From Mobula hypostoma (taxonomy: Eukaryota), in the NCBI RefSeq assembly GCF_963921235.1, contig NC_086109.1, positions 76,818,001 to 76,882,000 of the forward strand: a DNA stretch of 64,000 nt. Direction: 5' to 3'. Below the pieces are notes generated by a model. The model did no database searches, was not told where the DNA came from, and saw nothing but the letters and a program-made list of their open reading frames with translations. Shown piece after piece: positions 13,737 through 26,910 of the stretch. The stretch's first letter is position 1; the number at the start of each line of letters is the position of its first letter. The translations under genes and the position numbers were made by a program.

Positions 13737-14017
13737 AATAAGAGCAAATCTGCAGATGATGGAAATCTGAGCAACACACATACACAATATGTTGGAGGAA
13801 CTCAGCAGGTTGGGCAGCACCTATGGATAAAAAGTAGAGTTGATGTTTCGGGCCGAAATCCTTTGGCAGGACTGGAGGGGGAGAAAAGCTGAGGAGTAGG
13901 TGTTAAAAGGTGGGGGGGGGGGAGGGGAGAGAGACCACCAGGTGATGGATGAAACCTAGAGGGGGAGGGATGAAGTTAAGGGTTGGGAAGTTGATTGGTG
14001 AAAGAGACAGAAGACCA
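13737..14017 (-). mobile_element. Penelope-like element 3' end with degenerate hammerhead
   Basis: Minus strand agtcctgccaaaggatttcggcccgaaacatcaac; 10-bp TSD tgttttccct (13727-13736 / 14018-14027). Confidence 0.8.
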
Positions 14018-14219
14018 TGTTTTCCCTGTTTGTTATTCTTTACAACAAATGCATATCTTAGTCTTCATTTTTCTTTCCACCTTCAAACAGGTATCTTATT
14101 GATAGTCACTTTCCATGTTTGCATGTCAGAATATCCATTTGGGTAAGAAATTCAAGGGTGGCTGATCCTTTACTACTGTGTCACTTCTCAGCACTAAATC
14201 ATTATCCTTTGATTCTTGT

Positions 14220-14520
14220 AGGGCAGCACAGCGTACTGGTTAACGTATCGCTTTTACATTGCCAGCTGTAAGATTGGGTTTCAATTCCTGCCACTATATA
14301 TGTTCCCTGTGACATCTGGGTTTCTTTTTGGTGCACTGGGTTTTCTCCCGCATTCCAGCGATGTACGGGTTAGTGAATTATGGGCATACTTGTTGACATC
14401 AGGTGCATGGCAACACTTGCACTTGCCTAGTATGATCCTTGTGAATTGACTTGATACAAACAACATATTTTTGCAGTATGTTTCTGTATATGTGACCAAT
14501 AAAGCTAATCTTATCTGATC
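14220..14520 (+). mobile_element. V-SINE (tRNA head, V domain, LINE-like tail)
   Basis: A/B-box remnants, gggtttct...ggtgcactgggttttctcccgcattcca V-domain, tail aataaagctaatcttatct. Confidence 0.7.
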
Positions 14521-14860
14521 TAATCATAATCCCTTAATGCCTGAGGACCTTTTTTGGCATTGGTGAAAGTACAAATGATATCAACAATAATAAATATGGT
14601 TTTCATGAAGTACATAATTTACAACTGTTTAATAGGATTGTTCCTTGACAATAATTTTGCACACTACAGAAAAGAAATGACGTTAAAACCTGCCCTGGTC
14701 ACAATGAATCTGCACATGACCTGAGCCTGAGTATTTAAATTTTGTAAAGATATGAAAAAAATTTGGAGAAGCAAGAAAAGTGAATTAAGGATGCAGGTGT
14801 CCCCTGCTTTCCGAACGTTCTGTTTACGACATTTTGCTTTTATGAAAGACTTACATTAGT

Positions 14861-15030
14861 CGTCGTCGTGGCTATCCCTCGAGGTTGAGGATGATGGTCT
14901 TCGTTCTGTTGATCTACTTATGGGCTCTCAAGTGGCTTATGGGTCTAATCTTGACTTTGAAAGTTCTTCTGCATTCAGGACAGGTAGTTCCAGATGGCAG
15001 ATCGGGCTTTGGTTGTTGCTGCCTCTCTTT
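14861..15030 (-). mobile_element. RTE LINE extreme 3' end (C2H2 finger and ACG tail)
   Basis: Minus strand KERQQQPKPDLPSGTTCPECRRTFKVKIRPISHLRAHK*, (ACG)n tail, 11-bp TSD c[t/c]tacattagt (14850-14860 / 15031-15041). Confidence 0.85.
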
Positions 15031-15282
15031 CCTACATTAGTACCTGTTTTCGTTAACCGAAAGAGGATTCTCACTTTTACGAAAAAGACACTCGCTGTAA
15101 ACTTGTGTTTACTCCGAGAAAGGCCACCATGACCATGAAGCCTTGCGCGGGCAGGTGTGTGTGCATGCATGACGTGCGAAAGCGTGTGCATGTGCCGATT
15201 TTTTTTTCTTCGACTAATCGATTTTGGCTCAAACTTCCGGATTCTGTTAAGTGAAACTACACTGTACATTATTTCTACTTTA

Positions 15283-15643
15283 TCTATATACTACTAAAAC
15301 TCTCGTGCTCTGTCTGTCTGTTTGTGACCTCCAATTAGTGCAAACGGTGCATTAGAGCGGCACTTGGCTAAATCAAATTAAAATGCGCTAACTTACAGAA
15401 TGCAGACAAAGTTCAGGGTCATATATTCGTATAAAATTGCTTATTCGCCAAAAATCAACAGGTTGCCTTTCACCCGAGACCCGATTGGCCATTATGGAAA
15501 TCGGGACGCCAAAGCCTGACGCATGCGTACGGCCAGCCTCAGCAGCACCTCAAGATGCTCTCAGAGCCACTTCCACCTTCCATGGAGACTGCAACGCCAC
15601 ACCATGATGCATGCGCACGACCAGCCTCAGCAGCTTGGAGGCT
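15283..15643 (+). mobile_element. Probable Helitron 5' portion (3' CTAG end lost)
   Basis: Starts A|TCTATATACTACTAAAA, followed by (CTGT)n; interrupts the Tigger element with no TSD; internal 26-bp direct repeat. Confidence 0.55.
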
Positions 15644-16156
15644 TTACGCCATTTCGGCTTATGAACGGTTTCATAGGAATGCTCTACATTCGGATAGCGG
15701 GGGAAACCTGTATATACAGTAATACTCGAGCAAATTACCCTGACTAGGGTAAGGTACTGAGTGAGATGAATCATGCCATCTTGGTCCTATCCACCAGCCA
15801 GAACCCATTTGTTTTGTAAAGACGTGTACACATTATTAGGTGTTTTCACACATGGGCCAAGTAGGCAGATTATAATTGAAAGGTTTAGGAAATTGGGGCA
15901 GATACAGTTTTGTTGGTCATTGTAGGTCATATGACTTCAACTTTTGTTCTGATTGGTATTGACAAGTCTGCCAATTAGAAATGTGTGTAAGTACCTTTTT
16001 TTGCTTCTGTGATGTGCCAGCCTATTAGTTGCTGGTGTAGTCTGGTTGATAACAATAGGTTACCTGTAAATTTTCTAAATACTTTGTACAATGAATGTCT
16101 AGGTAGATGAACAATAGACCAGCACAATAATATTCTAAGTATGTCCCACCTACAGA

Positions 16157-16525
16157 TAAAGGAGACTTCCTTTAGCATCAAGGAAGACTCAAACAAATTT
16201 TAGCACTTCACTTTAAACTGCAGTTATTTCAGCAGTGCCACTTGGCATAAGCCTTCCGCTGACTTGTTCACACCATATTTCTTTAATTATGCCGGAAGCA
16301 GCAGCAACAAACTTTCCTGTGCTCTGATCACCTAGTTCTTGAACTGAGTTATCAAAGTAGTTGTACTCAAGTCGAAGCCTGCCATCTCCATTCTGCTTTT
16401 GACTACCATGTGTTAGTAGGATTCAACTTATTTTAAGCTGCAGTATTTCATTAGTCCTAAATTTGTAAAGGAACTATCTGAGAAGAATCCAATTTTGTAA
16501 GCTACATCATCAAATGCTTCTGGAG
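16157..16525 (+). repeat. Unclassified ~350 bp dispersed repeat, copy 2
   Basis: Colinear with 2119-2468 in the same orientation; the flanks are unrelated. Confidence 0.85.
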
Positions 16526-18642
16526 CTACATATCAGCACATAATTCCAGTATTGTCTGATTCTGACCGGTCGGACTTGGGACTTTCATTACTAAATCTAT
16601 TTAAACAACAACAACCAGTTTGGATGAAGTATACTTTATTCCTAACAATTTGCATCATTTTTAACCATTAGATGAATTTGCAAATTAATCTGATCTTTTT
16701 GGATAAAAAATTGCATTACGCTAATGTGTTGTCATTTTAAAATTTACAGTAGTGCCGGGAGTGGCTGAAGATGTGTGCACTGAATGCAGTAAAAGAGAGA
16801 CTCAATATCATAGCAAAGTAATCAATTTAAAATCCCTGCACTTGGAGGATTTTAGAATTTTCTATTCCTAATCATCTGTATATCTGCTTGCATTTTGTTT
16901 ATTTTATGGGAAATGATGCATCAGATTGGGTTCACAGGACTATTGAAAGTTTGGCAAAGTCTTGCCGTGACCTATTGTCATGACATATTTAAAAAGCATT
17001 TGCTTAAGGTCCAGATTGTTTTCTTGGGTATGCTGTATAATGTTTTGAAATGAACAGACTGAAATATTGTGACTTTTTTAAAAATGGATACAGTTTTAAG
17101 GAGTTGGTTACAACTTTTTTTTAAAAAGTTGATTTTGTACATATATATTTATTACTGAGGGGGAAAATCAGTCTACATTCTAAATAAATATGTGTTCATT
17201 TACATTAACTGTACATTATTACAAAGAAGTGTTTTAGGTTCTGACATTTTAATTTTTGACTTACTGGGATGGTCAGTATTTTCTATTTAACCACCAGTAA
17301 GCTGTAGGTGTTCTGGCAGTCTCTAGCTGCTTTTTTTTCCCTTGATGGCAATTGTCTTGAAGAGATGTCACTTAATTTCCATAAATGTAATACTGGTCAA
17401 GTTCAAAATAGGATTGTTCGGATTAATTTTGCTAAGTTATCTGAAGTTTGGTCAATTTTCATAATTATTTAGCTCAATAAGTCTCTCTCACCTCTCAATG
17501 CAGCCTCAAATTATATTCCCCACCTATTTCTTTAGAACCATTCTTTCTACTGCCACCCTAGAGGTAATTAAATGAGCCAGTTTACCTACCAGTCAGCATA
17601 AATTTGTCATGAGGGGGGAAAACCAGAGTACTTATTACAGGGAACACCTGTAAATTCCACAGGAAGTACCAGATGTAATGACTGAACTTAGCTTGTCAGA
17701 GCTTTGATTCCCAATCAAGCTTAGTGAACTCTGTACAGTGGCTAATTCCAAAATCGGATTGAAGCAATTGAACGTACTTGGAATATATCTCAAAAATTTC
17801 TTTACTAGAAAATAAAGAAGTTTATCCAATTTCTTTTCAAATAGAATATCAAGTTTTTCAGATGTACATTAAAACTAATTGGAGCACATTTGAAGTGTGT
17901 GCAGTGTCACCAGGATGGAACCTGCTCATTAAACATTCAGTGTGCATTTTGAAAGGTACTGTAATTTGCATTCATTGTGCTACACTATACTTTTACTGAA
18001 AGATGAAAGTCATGTGGTTTGATCTTTGTAATGCATACTTTATCAACTAGTGTAAAGGCAACAATGTGAGTCCTCTCTGGAGTATCCTGAGGTGTTGATT
18101 GTCTAACTACCACTTCTGTCCATTTCACATGGTGTATATAATTTTTCAGTTGAAATTATGACCAGGGTTAGGCATTAAAGCTGGTTGTCTCATTGAATAA
18201 ACTAGACAACTTCCTCAAATTGTGTATTTTGATAGTTATTGTAGACCATAGAACTTGGAGCAAATTGGATATTGACTAGCATGGTATATTCTGAAGTGAC
18301 CAATCATTCTATTTCTGTTTGTACTGAGATACTTTTTTAGCCCAAAGGTATTTGTGTGCTGCTTTTCAAGACATGATATTGACAATGAAGTTGCTTTTAA
18401 ATCAAATGTTAAAATTATAGGCGGTGTGCAGGCAGGTCCCAGGTAATGACAGGATTCCATTTTGAGAATTGATCGTAACACCAACTGTTTCTAAGTCAGA
18501 AAGGAACAAAAGTGTGTGGGAAAGGATTTCAAGCAGCTGTGATGGGAAAGCAAGCAGACACAGGAGGAGCAGCCACCAGCTGGGTCATTGAGAAGCAGCA
18601 AAACATGCTACATCTAGTTTCAACAAGAAAAATTTGAAGATG

Positions 18643-19515
18643 CAAACATGAGGAAATCTGCAGATGCTGGAAATTCAAGACAGACACAGACACACACAGA
18701 CACACACACACACACCACTATCTCACTCTCTCACTCACTGCTGGTGGAACGCAGCAGGCCAGACAGCATCCATAGGAAGAAGCATGGTCGACGTTTTGGG
18801 CCCGAGACCCTTTGTAACTGAAAGAAGAGATAGTAAGAGGGAGGGGGAGATGAGACCAAGGGAGCCAAGAGTGGCCTCCTGTATATTGGTGAGACGTGAC
18901 GCAGACTGGGAGACCATTTCGCTGACCACCTACGCTCTGTCTGCCAGAGAAAGCAGGATCTCCCAGTGGCCACACACTTTAATTCCACGTCCCATTCCCA
19001 ATCTGATATGTCAATCCATGGCCTCCTCTACTGTCAAGATGAAGCCACACTCAGGTTGGAGGAACAACACCTTATATTCCATCTGGGTAGCCTCCAACCT
19101 GATGGCATGAGCATTGACTTCCCTAAGTTCCGTTAATGCCCCTCCTCCCCTTCTTACCCCATTCCTTTTTTATTTATTATTTTTTCCTTTTTTCTCTCTC
19201 TGTCCCTCTCACAATAACTCCTTGCCTGTTCTCCATCTTCCTCTGGTGCTCCCCTCCACCTTTTTCTCCCTAGGCCTCCCGTCCTATGATCCTCTCCCTT
19301 CTCCAGTCTGGTATCCCTTTTGCCAATCAACTTTCCAGCTGTTCGCTTTATTCCTCCCCCTCCTGTCTTCTCCTATCATTTCGGATCTCCCCCTCACCGT
19401 CCCACTTTCAAATCTCTTACTATCTCTTCTTTTAGTTAGTCCTGACCAAGGGTCTCGGCCCGAAACGTCAACTGTGCTTCTTCCTATGGATGCTGTCTGG
19501 CCTGCTGTGTGTTTC
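18643..19515 (+). mobile_element. 5'-truncated Penelope-like retroelement with an inverted pseudo-LTR and a GIY-YIG endonuclease C-terminal fragment
   Basis: From 18873: GLLYIGET*RRLGDHFADHLRSV...PVATHFN...RLEEQHLIFHLGSLQPDGM...*; hammerhead motifs at 19438-19473 (+) and about 18788-18818 (-); 15-bp TSD aaaaatttgaagatg (18628-18642 / 19516-19530). Confidence 0.92.
19438..19473 (+). ncRNA. Minimal type I hammerhead ribozyme, degenerate (G8>C)
   Basis: AGUC CUGACCA AGGGUCUCGGCCC GAAA CG UC AACU. Confidence 0.65.
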
Positions 19516-21419
19516 AAAAATTTGAAGATGATGGAATACTAATATCAAACACTACATACACGCAAAATGAAAATACACAAAAATTGCTGCACGGGTGCTA
19601 TTTCACCCCTGCCTATGTGCTAGCCAAGCCAAATATATTGAGGCAAATAGCACTTCAGTGTCTCTTGGTCCATAGCTTTCCAGTCATGACACAAAACGCA
19701 TCACACTTTGATTGTAGTCTGCTTGCATCACCATCAATTCTTTCACCACTATTAGAAGGAAAAAAAATATTTCAGTTTAAATACCTTAAATTTATGGGAC
19801 TGCTATGGGAAATTTTCATTATTTTGCAATGCGTAATTCATTTGATATTGGATTGAACATTGTGAATTTATATCTGAAATTGTCCAAATCTGAGCTGTAA
19901 AAGCAATGACATGTCAGTCTATAAGGAGTTCAAAACTTTGCCAAATGTGGCATCTATTATATATTCCCTCTTCACAGAATTCGTTTCATAATTGGGCTGT
20001 TGTATTGGAAAACTTGGTCACTGGAAAACAAATGCTTTGGAAGGGCAGTTGTTCCATCAGTTGATTGTTTAAACAGATGTTTGGAAATGTCACTTTTACT
20101 AAGTGGGTGACCATTGTTTAACTTGAGGCAAACATTCTTTTCTGAAATGTTGGGTGGGATATTAGATAAGGTTTCTAGTTCAGAACAAACCTCTCTTGGG
20201 ATCTGAAGCATGCAGTTCCTTTGTTTCATCTGATTTCCTTAGCTATGACATCTGTTCAACCAAACAGTCTCAGCTAAAATCTGAGCTATCTGCTATGACA
20301 TTATTGAAATGTTACAGCATGGAAGCAGCCATTTCTGCCCATTAACTCACTTTTGGCTGTATCCCATGTACAAGGCAGCTAGTTCTTCTAGCTGTCCTTG
20401 TACATCTACAAGTTTTTTTTCTCTCAAGTACTTATGCAATTCCTTTTGATTATCACCAATGAATCTGCCTCCACTACTTTCAATGCATTCCAACCCTATC
20501 TCTTTTTTTGCCTAAGTACAACAGAAAGGGGAAAAAGACTTTTTTTTAGCTTTGTCATTCACCATGTTCTAGATCCTTTTACCAGTGACAATTTTCTCCC
20601 TATCTGCCTAGACCACACATGATTTTAAATCTCTCTGATCTTCTCACAGCCTCTTGTTCAATCTGAGTTCCCTGTCCCTGGAATCACTCTAGTAAACCAC
20701 CTCATCTACTGTAAGGCCTTCACGGTGGAATATGGTGTTCAGGACAAGGCACATCACCCTAATTGTGACTGTATTGAAAATCATCCTGACCTCTTCCCTG
20801 TTCTTGAAAATAAAGGGTGCTTTGTTTTAGCCAAAGGTTCGTTATTATCAAAGTATACAACTCTGAAGTTGTTCTTCTCCAGATAGCCATGAAACCAAGA
20901 AAGAAGAATGGTAGCATATTCGACAACCTCCAAATCCTCCTTCCCCGCATTAAAAAAACGCGAATGATGGGGCGAAAATCACAGAATATTAAAAACTATA
21001 AGACTGAAAAGTTCATAACCAAAATGCAGAAAACCTGGGTAATGTTCTTGGGGCACAGTGGCAGCTTCCTTCTCTGGCAGCAGAGCGATCCCACCAGCGA
21101 TCAAAAGCCAGGCAGCTGGTACTCGCCTTCTGCATTCTCCTCCATGTTTCAATCTCCCTTGTCACTTTAATCGATGAAGTGGAGTCGAACATCGACTCAC
21201 GCCCCATCCTGCAACCTGCTCACTACAAGGTTCATGCATGCTGGCTGTTCCTCCCAGAATCCTCTCTTGCCTTGATGCTTTCAATGATTTGTGCATTACC
21301 CCTGCCCCCTATTGTTTCTGTTGGCTTTCAAGAAGGTCCTTTAATTTGTCATTCCATGTTCCTAACATGTAATATTTGGTTTGTTAATCAGCACTAAATT
21401 GTACTTTGTAGATAAACAA

Positions 21420-22860
21420 TAAATTTCAAGAACATAGAGTCCTTGAAAGTGAGTTTATAGTTTGTGGGAGCAGTTCACTGATGGAGCAAGTGAAATTGAG
21501 TGAAGTTATCCCCATGGTTGAAGAACCTGATGTTTGAGGGTAATAACTGCTCCTGACACTGGTGGTGTGAGTCATGAGGCTTCTATACCACCTTGCTGGT
21601 GGAAGAAGTAAGCAGGACCTGATTGGGGGTTCCTTGTGATGTGTGTTGCCTTCCTGCGACAATGCTCCATGTAGATATGCTCATTGGTGAGCAGGGTTTT
21701 ACCTGTGATGGACTGGGTCGTATCCACACCTTTTTGAAGGATTTTCCTTTCAAGGGTATTAGCTACATCACAGCCCAGTATGGAAGCACCAATCAATATA
21801 CTCTCCTCCACACATCTATCGAGGTTAGTAAAGGTAATAGATATGTCGAATCTTTGCAAACTCCTGTGGTAATAGCTGTTCCTTTGTAATTGCACTTGTG
21901 TGCTGAGCCCAGAATAAATCCTCTGAAATGAACACATTGAGGAATTTAAAGTTGCTGACCCTCTTCACCTCTGATTCCTCAGTGAGGACTGGCTCATGGA
22001 CCTCTGGTTTCCTCTTCCTGAAGTCGATCAGTTCTTTGGTCTTGCTGATGCTGAGTAAGAGGTTGCTATTGTGGTACTACTTGGCCAAATTTTCAGTCTA
22101 CCTCCTATATGCTGATTCATCACCATGTTTGATTCTGCCTACGACAGTGGTGAAGTCAGCAAACTTTAATATAGCATTGGAGCTGTGCTTGGCCATAGTC
22201 GTAAATGTAAAGTGAGTAGAGCAGGGGACTAAGCACAGCCTTATGATGCACCTATGCTGATGGAGATTGTGGAGATGTTGCCAATCTGATCTGACTGCTG
22301 TCTGCAAGTAAGGAAATTAAGGAGCCAGTTGCACAAGGAGGTATTGAGGCAAAGGTCTTGAAGCTTTTTAATCGGTTTTGAGGAGATAGTGGTACTGAAT
22401 GCTGAGATGTGGATAAAGAACATCTTTGCTGTCCTGAAGTTCCAGGGTTGAGTGAAGAGCCCGTGAAATGGTATTTGTTGTGGAACTAATGCTTGGGTAG
22501 GCAAATTGGAGCAGATCCAAGTCGCTTCTCAGACAAGAGTTGGTTTTTGAAAGGTTGGTGATGAAACGTATCACTGTGCAGTGAAGTGCTACTGGATGAT
22601 AGTTACTGAGGCAGATTACCACATTTTTCTTGGGCTCTGTATAATTAGAGCATGCTTCAAGCAGGTGGGTACCTCAGACTGCCAAAGCAAGAGGTAAAAA
22701 AAATCTTAGTGAGTGCTCCAGCCAGTTGATCGTGTTTGTACTTGGCCAGATACCCCATTGGGCTGGATGCTTTTCGTGGATTCGCCCTCCTGAAGGTTGC
22801 TCTCTCGTCAGGCTCAGAAACTAAAGTTAGAGAATCATCAGGGGCTAGGACTTTGCACAA
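21420..22860 (-). mobile_element. Rex1/Babar-type LINE RT/3' fragment
   Basis: NYHPVAL, DLLQFAY, LQDLCLNTSLCNWLL, ILKFADFTTVVG, CVEESILIG. Confidence 0.85.
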
Positions 22861-24117
22861 TCCTTTCCAGTAGTTGCTTTATTCATCTGCACATCTGTTT
22901 CATGCCTGGTTAGTGGTCATTGGGTTTCTTTCTAATTGGCTTGATGCCAACCTCAAAGAAATCTAATCTAGTTTTACTCCTTCTTGGCAGCTGACCTATT
23001 TCTGTTTAAAGTTGTAAATAGGTAAATGGACCCTTGCGTTGCGGAAATTCATTTTTTGTAAACTTTGCAAATTATGACCAGAAGTTTGAAATGTAGAATA
23101 AAATTTAAGGGTGACTTAATATTTTGAAATTCTGTGCTGTATTCTTAAATCAAAATTTGTGGGCTGCTCCATAATTCCAAAATGATGCTCAGTTGCAGAT
23201 AGTTTCTGTGGGTGATGTTTTAAAGGAGAGTCACCACTAGAAATATTAAAACAATGAGATTACTTTTCCTCAAAAGAAAGTGATCCTCCAATAAATCTAT
23301 ATTTTTCTTTCAACTTTCAATTTTCTTTCCATCCCCTCTCCTCCCCCCCCCATACACCCCAAAAATATTAAGAGTGTGAACATTAGCAGTTAGAAGTTGG
23401 ATAAGTAGATGACTTTTGAATAAAATTGTGGTTAAGTTTTATTATTCTTAAATTCCACCTGTTTAACCTGCAGCAAGCTTTTTCCATCTGTCATTGTCAT
23501 ACAGTATATTTTGCCATTGCTAATTTTGAAGAATGCTAGCATTAAAAGTTTGCTGATTCCTGCTCATGGCTACTTTTCAATGTTCCATTCTTCAAAATAA
23601 ACAAGATGTAACTGTATTCTATCAACGTGCATTTCGTCACCAGCATATTTCATCTGCATTTATGAGCACGTGGTTTAAAAAAATACTGCTCTAATCTTTT
23701 AATACTAAATCTCAACTAAAACCCTCAGAACTAAATACTGATGTGCTTTTTGGATTGTGGCATTTAACACATTGGTTATCTGCCAGTTTGCAAATAGTTG
23801 AATTGATTTGAGAAACTTGAGCATAGTAAATGTGTAGCAAAAATCTGAGCATGGTTCAAGTAAAAATATCTATGCTGATTATATATTGAGTGGGATATTA
23901 TCCAATCTAATAAGGAATTATACATAATATTTTATGTCTGTCAGAAATGTTGGCATTGTACAAGTAGAATATGTGAATTTGAGAGCTCTAAGATTTAGTA
24001 AATGTTTTTTAAAGTCTGATCCAAAGCGTGCAGATATGTATTGAAGTGGGAAAATCGTCAAAACATGAAGGAAGATGATAAACGGCTTCAAGCCTGATGT
24101 GAATACTGAAGTCTTGT

Positions 24118-26910
24118 AATCAGAAACAGGTTTATTATCACTGGCATGTGACATGAAATTTGTTAACGCAGCAGCAGGTCAATGCAATACATAATCTAGC
24201 AGAGAGAAAAAAAATAATAAATAAAATAAAACATAAATAAGTACACCCTATCCTTGTTATATGCAGGGGATACGTTCCTCAAAGTTGATGCATAATGTGA
24301 ATAATTATTTAAATGGAGTAAATAGGGATGCGTTCCAGAGGGCTTCCTAAATATGTTTTATCTGTAACTTATTCATATTTTTATACCAATACGACACAAA
24401 AGCAGTACTACAAGACAACATTTGTATTATATTTAATCAATTTAAGGGAATATTCAATGTAATAAATCATAGAAGGTTAACATCCTCTGGTGTATAGTAC
24501 TCAACAACAGTGGCAGGCGTGTTTGCTCCAGGAGATGAGTGATTGTGGTGTCGGGCAGCTTTACACGGATAAGGTGGATGGTTGTGGTCGTCAGGATAAT
24601 ATCAAGCACAGCAAGGGGTGAAGGAAGACTCTCAGAACTCTTAGAACTGCTGGCAGCAGAAGATTACAGTGATTTGCATAAAGTGGTGGGGTTGTTTGCT
24701 TGGCAGCATTTTGTTTTTCAATATAAATTTGCTTGTAGGGAAGAAGGGTTGACGGCAGGGAACGACTGAAATGCTGACTCCATTCTAAACTTGGGTCCTT
24801 GTCCATTGCCATTTGTGCCAAGTGTTCTGACTTTCACCATTGCCTCACCGTTGGTAAACTCCCGGGATTTTCAAAATTGTCTGTTGCTTGCAGCATCTCA
24901 GAGATAGTTTGCCGTAAAAAAAATGTACACCTTGAATGTGGATCACACCAGTCGAGTGGTTGAATCAGCGATGTTGTGTTAGGTGGTGGGAAACGCACTG
25001 TTATGTTAGGATGAATGCTGTCCAAATGTTTAAGATGGGCTGGCGCATTGTCAAGCAACAAAAGAACTTTAAAGGCAAGATTCTGTTCCCAGCAGTAGCA
25101 TCCCAGAGCTGTGTAACCTTCAGCTGATGGCGCGCTGTTTATAATTTCCAACTTTTTTTTCAAGTGTTAAAGCGGTTGTCTGCCACTCGGCTGATGGCCC
25201 AAGACATGACATCGGATGCTTAGGAGGCATAATTAAATATTTCAAGCACAAAATCACTGCACCGTAGGTAAAACCAACAAAAGTTTAAGATTGCGCAGCC
25301 ACACCTTGCCAAAACCAATGTGAGAGTGGCCGGAGTGAAATTGTGAGGTGCGCGCACCTGACTTGTATTGGCGGGAAAGCGGTGCTTCTCATCCCAACAG
25401 TGAGACTGTGAAGCGTGCGCACGTGACTTGTATTGGCGGGAAGACAGTGCTCCTCGCATAAATGAATTTTGGACACACATAATGAGACGTTGGTAGAAAG
25501 AGGTTCCTCACATAACTGAATCCGCATAGTCTGAAGACGCATATAACAAGGTTAGGTGTAAATCACATATATTGAATAGATTTTTTGAAAAACGTGCAAA
25601 AACGGAAATACTGGATTTTTTAAAAAGTGAGGTAGTGTCCAAAGCTTCAACGTCCATTTAGGAATCAGATGGCGGAGGGGAAGAAGCTGTTCCTGAATTG
25701 CTGAATGTGTGCCTTCAGGCTTCTGTATCTCCTACCTGATGGTAACATTGAAAAAAGGGCGTACCCTGGGTGCTGGAAGTCCTTAATAATGGATGCTGTC
25801 TTTCTGAGACACTGCTCCCTTAAGATATCCTGGGTACTTTGTAGGCTAGTGCCCAAGATGGAGCTGACTAGATTTACTAGATTTACAACCTTGTACAGCT
25901 TCTTTTGGTCCTGTGCAGTAGCCCCTCCATACCAGACAGTGATGCAGCCTTTCAGAATGCTCTTCATGGTACAACTATAGAAGTTTTTGAGTGTATTTGT
26001 TGACATGCTAAATCGCTTCAAACTCCTAATAAAGTATAGCGCTGTTTGCCACCTTTATAACTACATCGATATGTTGGGACCAGGTTAGATCCTCAGATCT
26101 TTACACTGAGGAGCTTGAAGCTACTTGCTGTCTCCACTTCTGGTACCTCTGAGGATTGGTATGTGCTCCTTCGTCTTACCCTTCCTGAAGTCCATAATCA
26201 GCTCTTTTGTCTTACTGACATTGAGTGCCAGGTTGTTGCTGTGGCACCAGTCCACTAATTGGCATATCTCACTCCTGTATGCCCTTTTGTCACCACCTGA
26301 GATTCTACCAACAATGGTTGTTACATCAGCAAATTTGTAGTTGGTATTTGAGCTATGCCTAGCCACACAGTCATGTGTATACAGAGAGTAGAGCAGTGGG
26401 CTAAGCACACACCCCTGAGGTGCACCAGTGTTGATCATCAGAAAGGAGAATATAGTATCACCAATCCTCACAGACTATGGTCTTCTGGTTAGGAAGTCAA
26501 GGATCCAATTGCCAAGGGAGGTACAGAGGCCCAGGTTCTGCAACTTCAGTCAGGATTGTGGGAATGATGATATTAAATGCTGAGCTATAGTCAATGAACA
26601 GCATCCTGACATAGGTGTTTGTGTTGTCTAGGTGGTCTAAAGCTGTGTGGAGAGCCATTGAGATTGAGTCTGCTGTTGACCTATTGTGGTGAAAGGCAAA
26701 TTACAATGGGTCCAAGTCCTTGTTAGTCATAACAAACCACTCAAAGTGTTTTATCACTGTCAATGTGAGTGCTACCAGGTGATAGTCGTTAAGGCAGCCC
26801 ACATTATTCTTGGGCACTGGTATGATTGTTACCTTTTTTTTTTGAAGCCAGTGGGAACTTCTGCCTGTAGCAGTGAGAGGTTGAAAATGTCCTTAGAATA
26901 CTCCCACTAG
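24118..26910 (-). mobile_element. Rex1/Babar-type LINE (RT and 3' UTR), interrupted by a Tigger element
   Basis: TGAPQGCVLSPLLYSLYTHDC...KFADVTTIVG...LNVSKTKELIMDFRK; LPSGRRYRSL...FRNSFFPSAI*; tail cctgtttctgatt. Confidence 0.9.
24244..25558 (-). mobile_element. Tigger/pogo transposon, internally deleted
   Basis: TA|CACCCTATCCTTGTTATATGC...GCATATAACAAGGTTAGGTG|TA; transposase remnant KKKLEII...KVLLLLDNAPAH...PPNTTSLIQPLD. Confidence 0.9.

Larger units (their letters stand above)
14794..15710. mobile_element. Tigger/pogo-type non-autonomous DNA transposon carrying two nested insertions
   Basis: 25-bp TIRs caggtgtcccctgctttccgaacgt / acattcggatagcgggggaaacctg (21/25), TA at the right end. Confidence 0.8.

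Noticed and set aside
15734-15751. Hairpin ttaccct-gact-agggtaa containing CTAG as the Helitron 3' end
   Set aside because: It lies outside the Tigger TIR, and the CTAG is within the hairpin instead of downstream of it.
18664-19542. 148-aa and 142-aa ORFs in the ORF track
   Set aside because: Off-frame or low-complexity translations of the Penelope-like element; the real GIY-YIG frame contains a stop.
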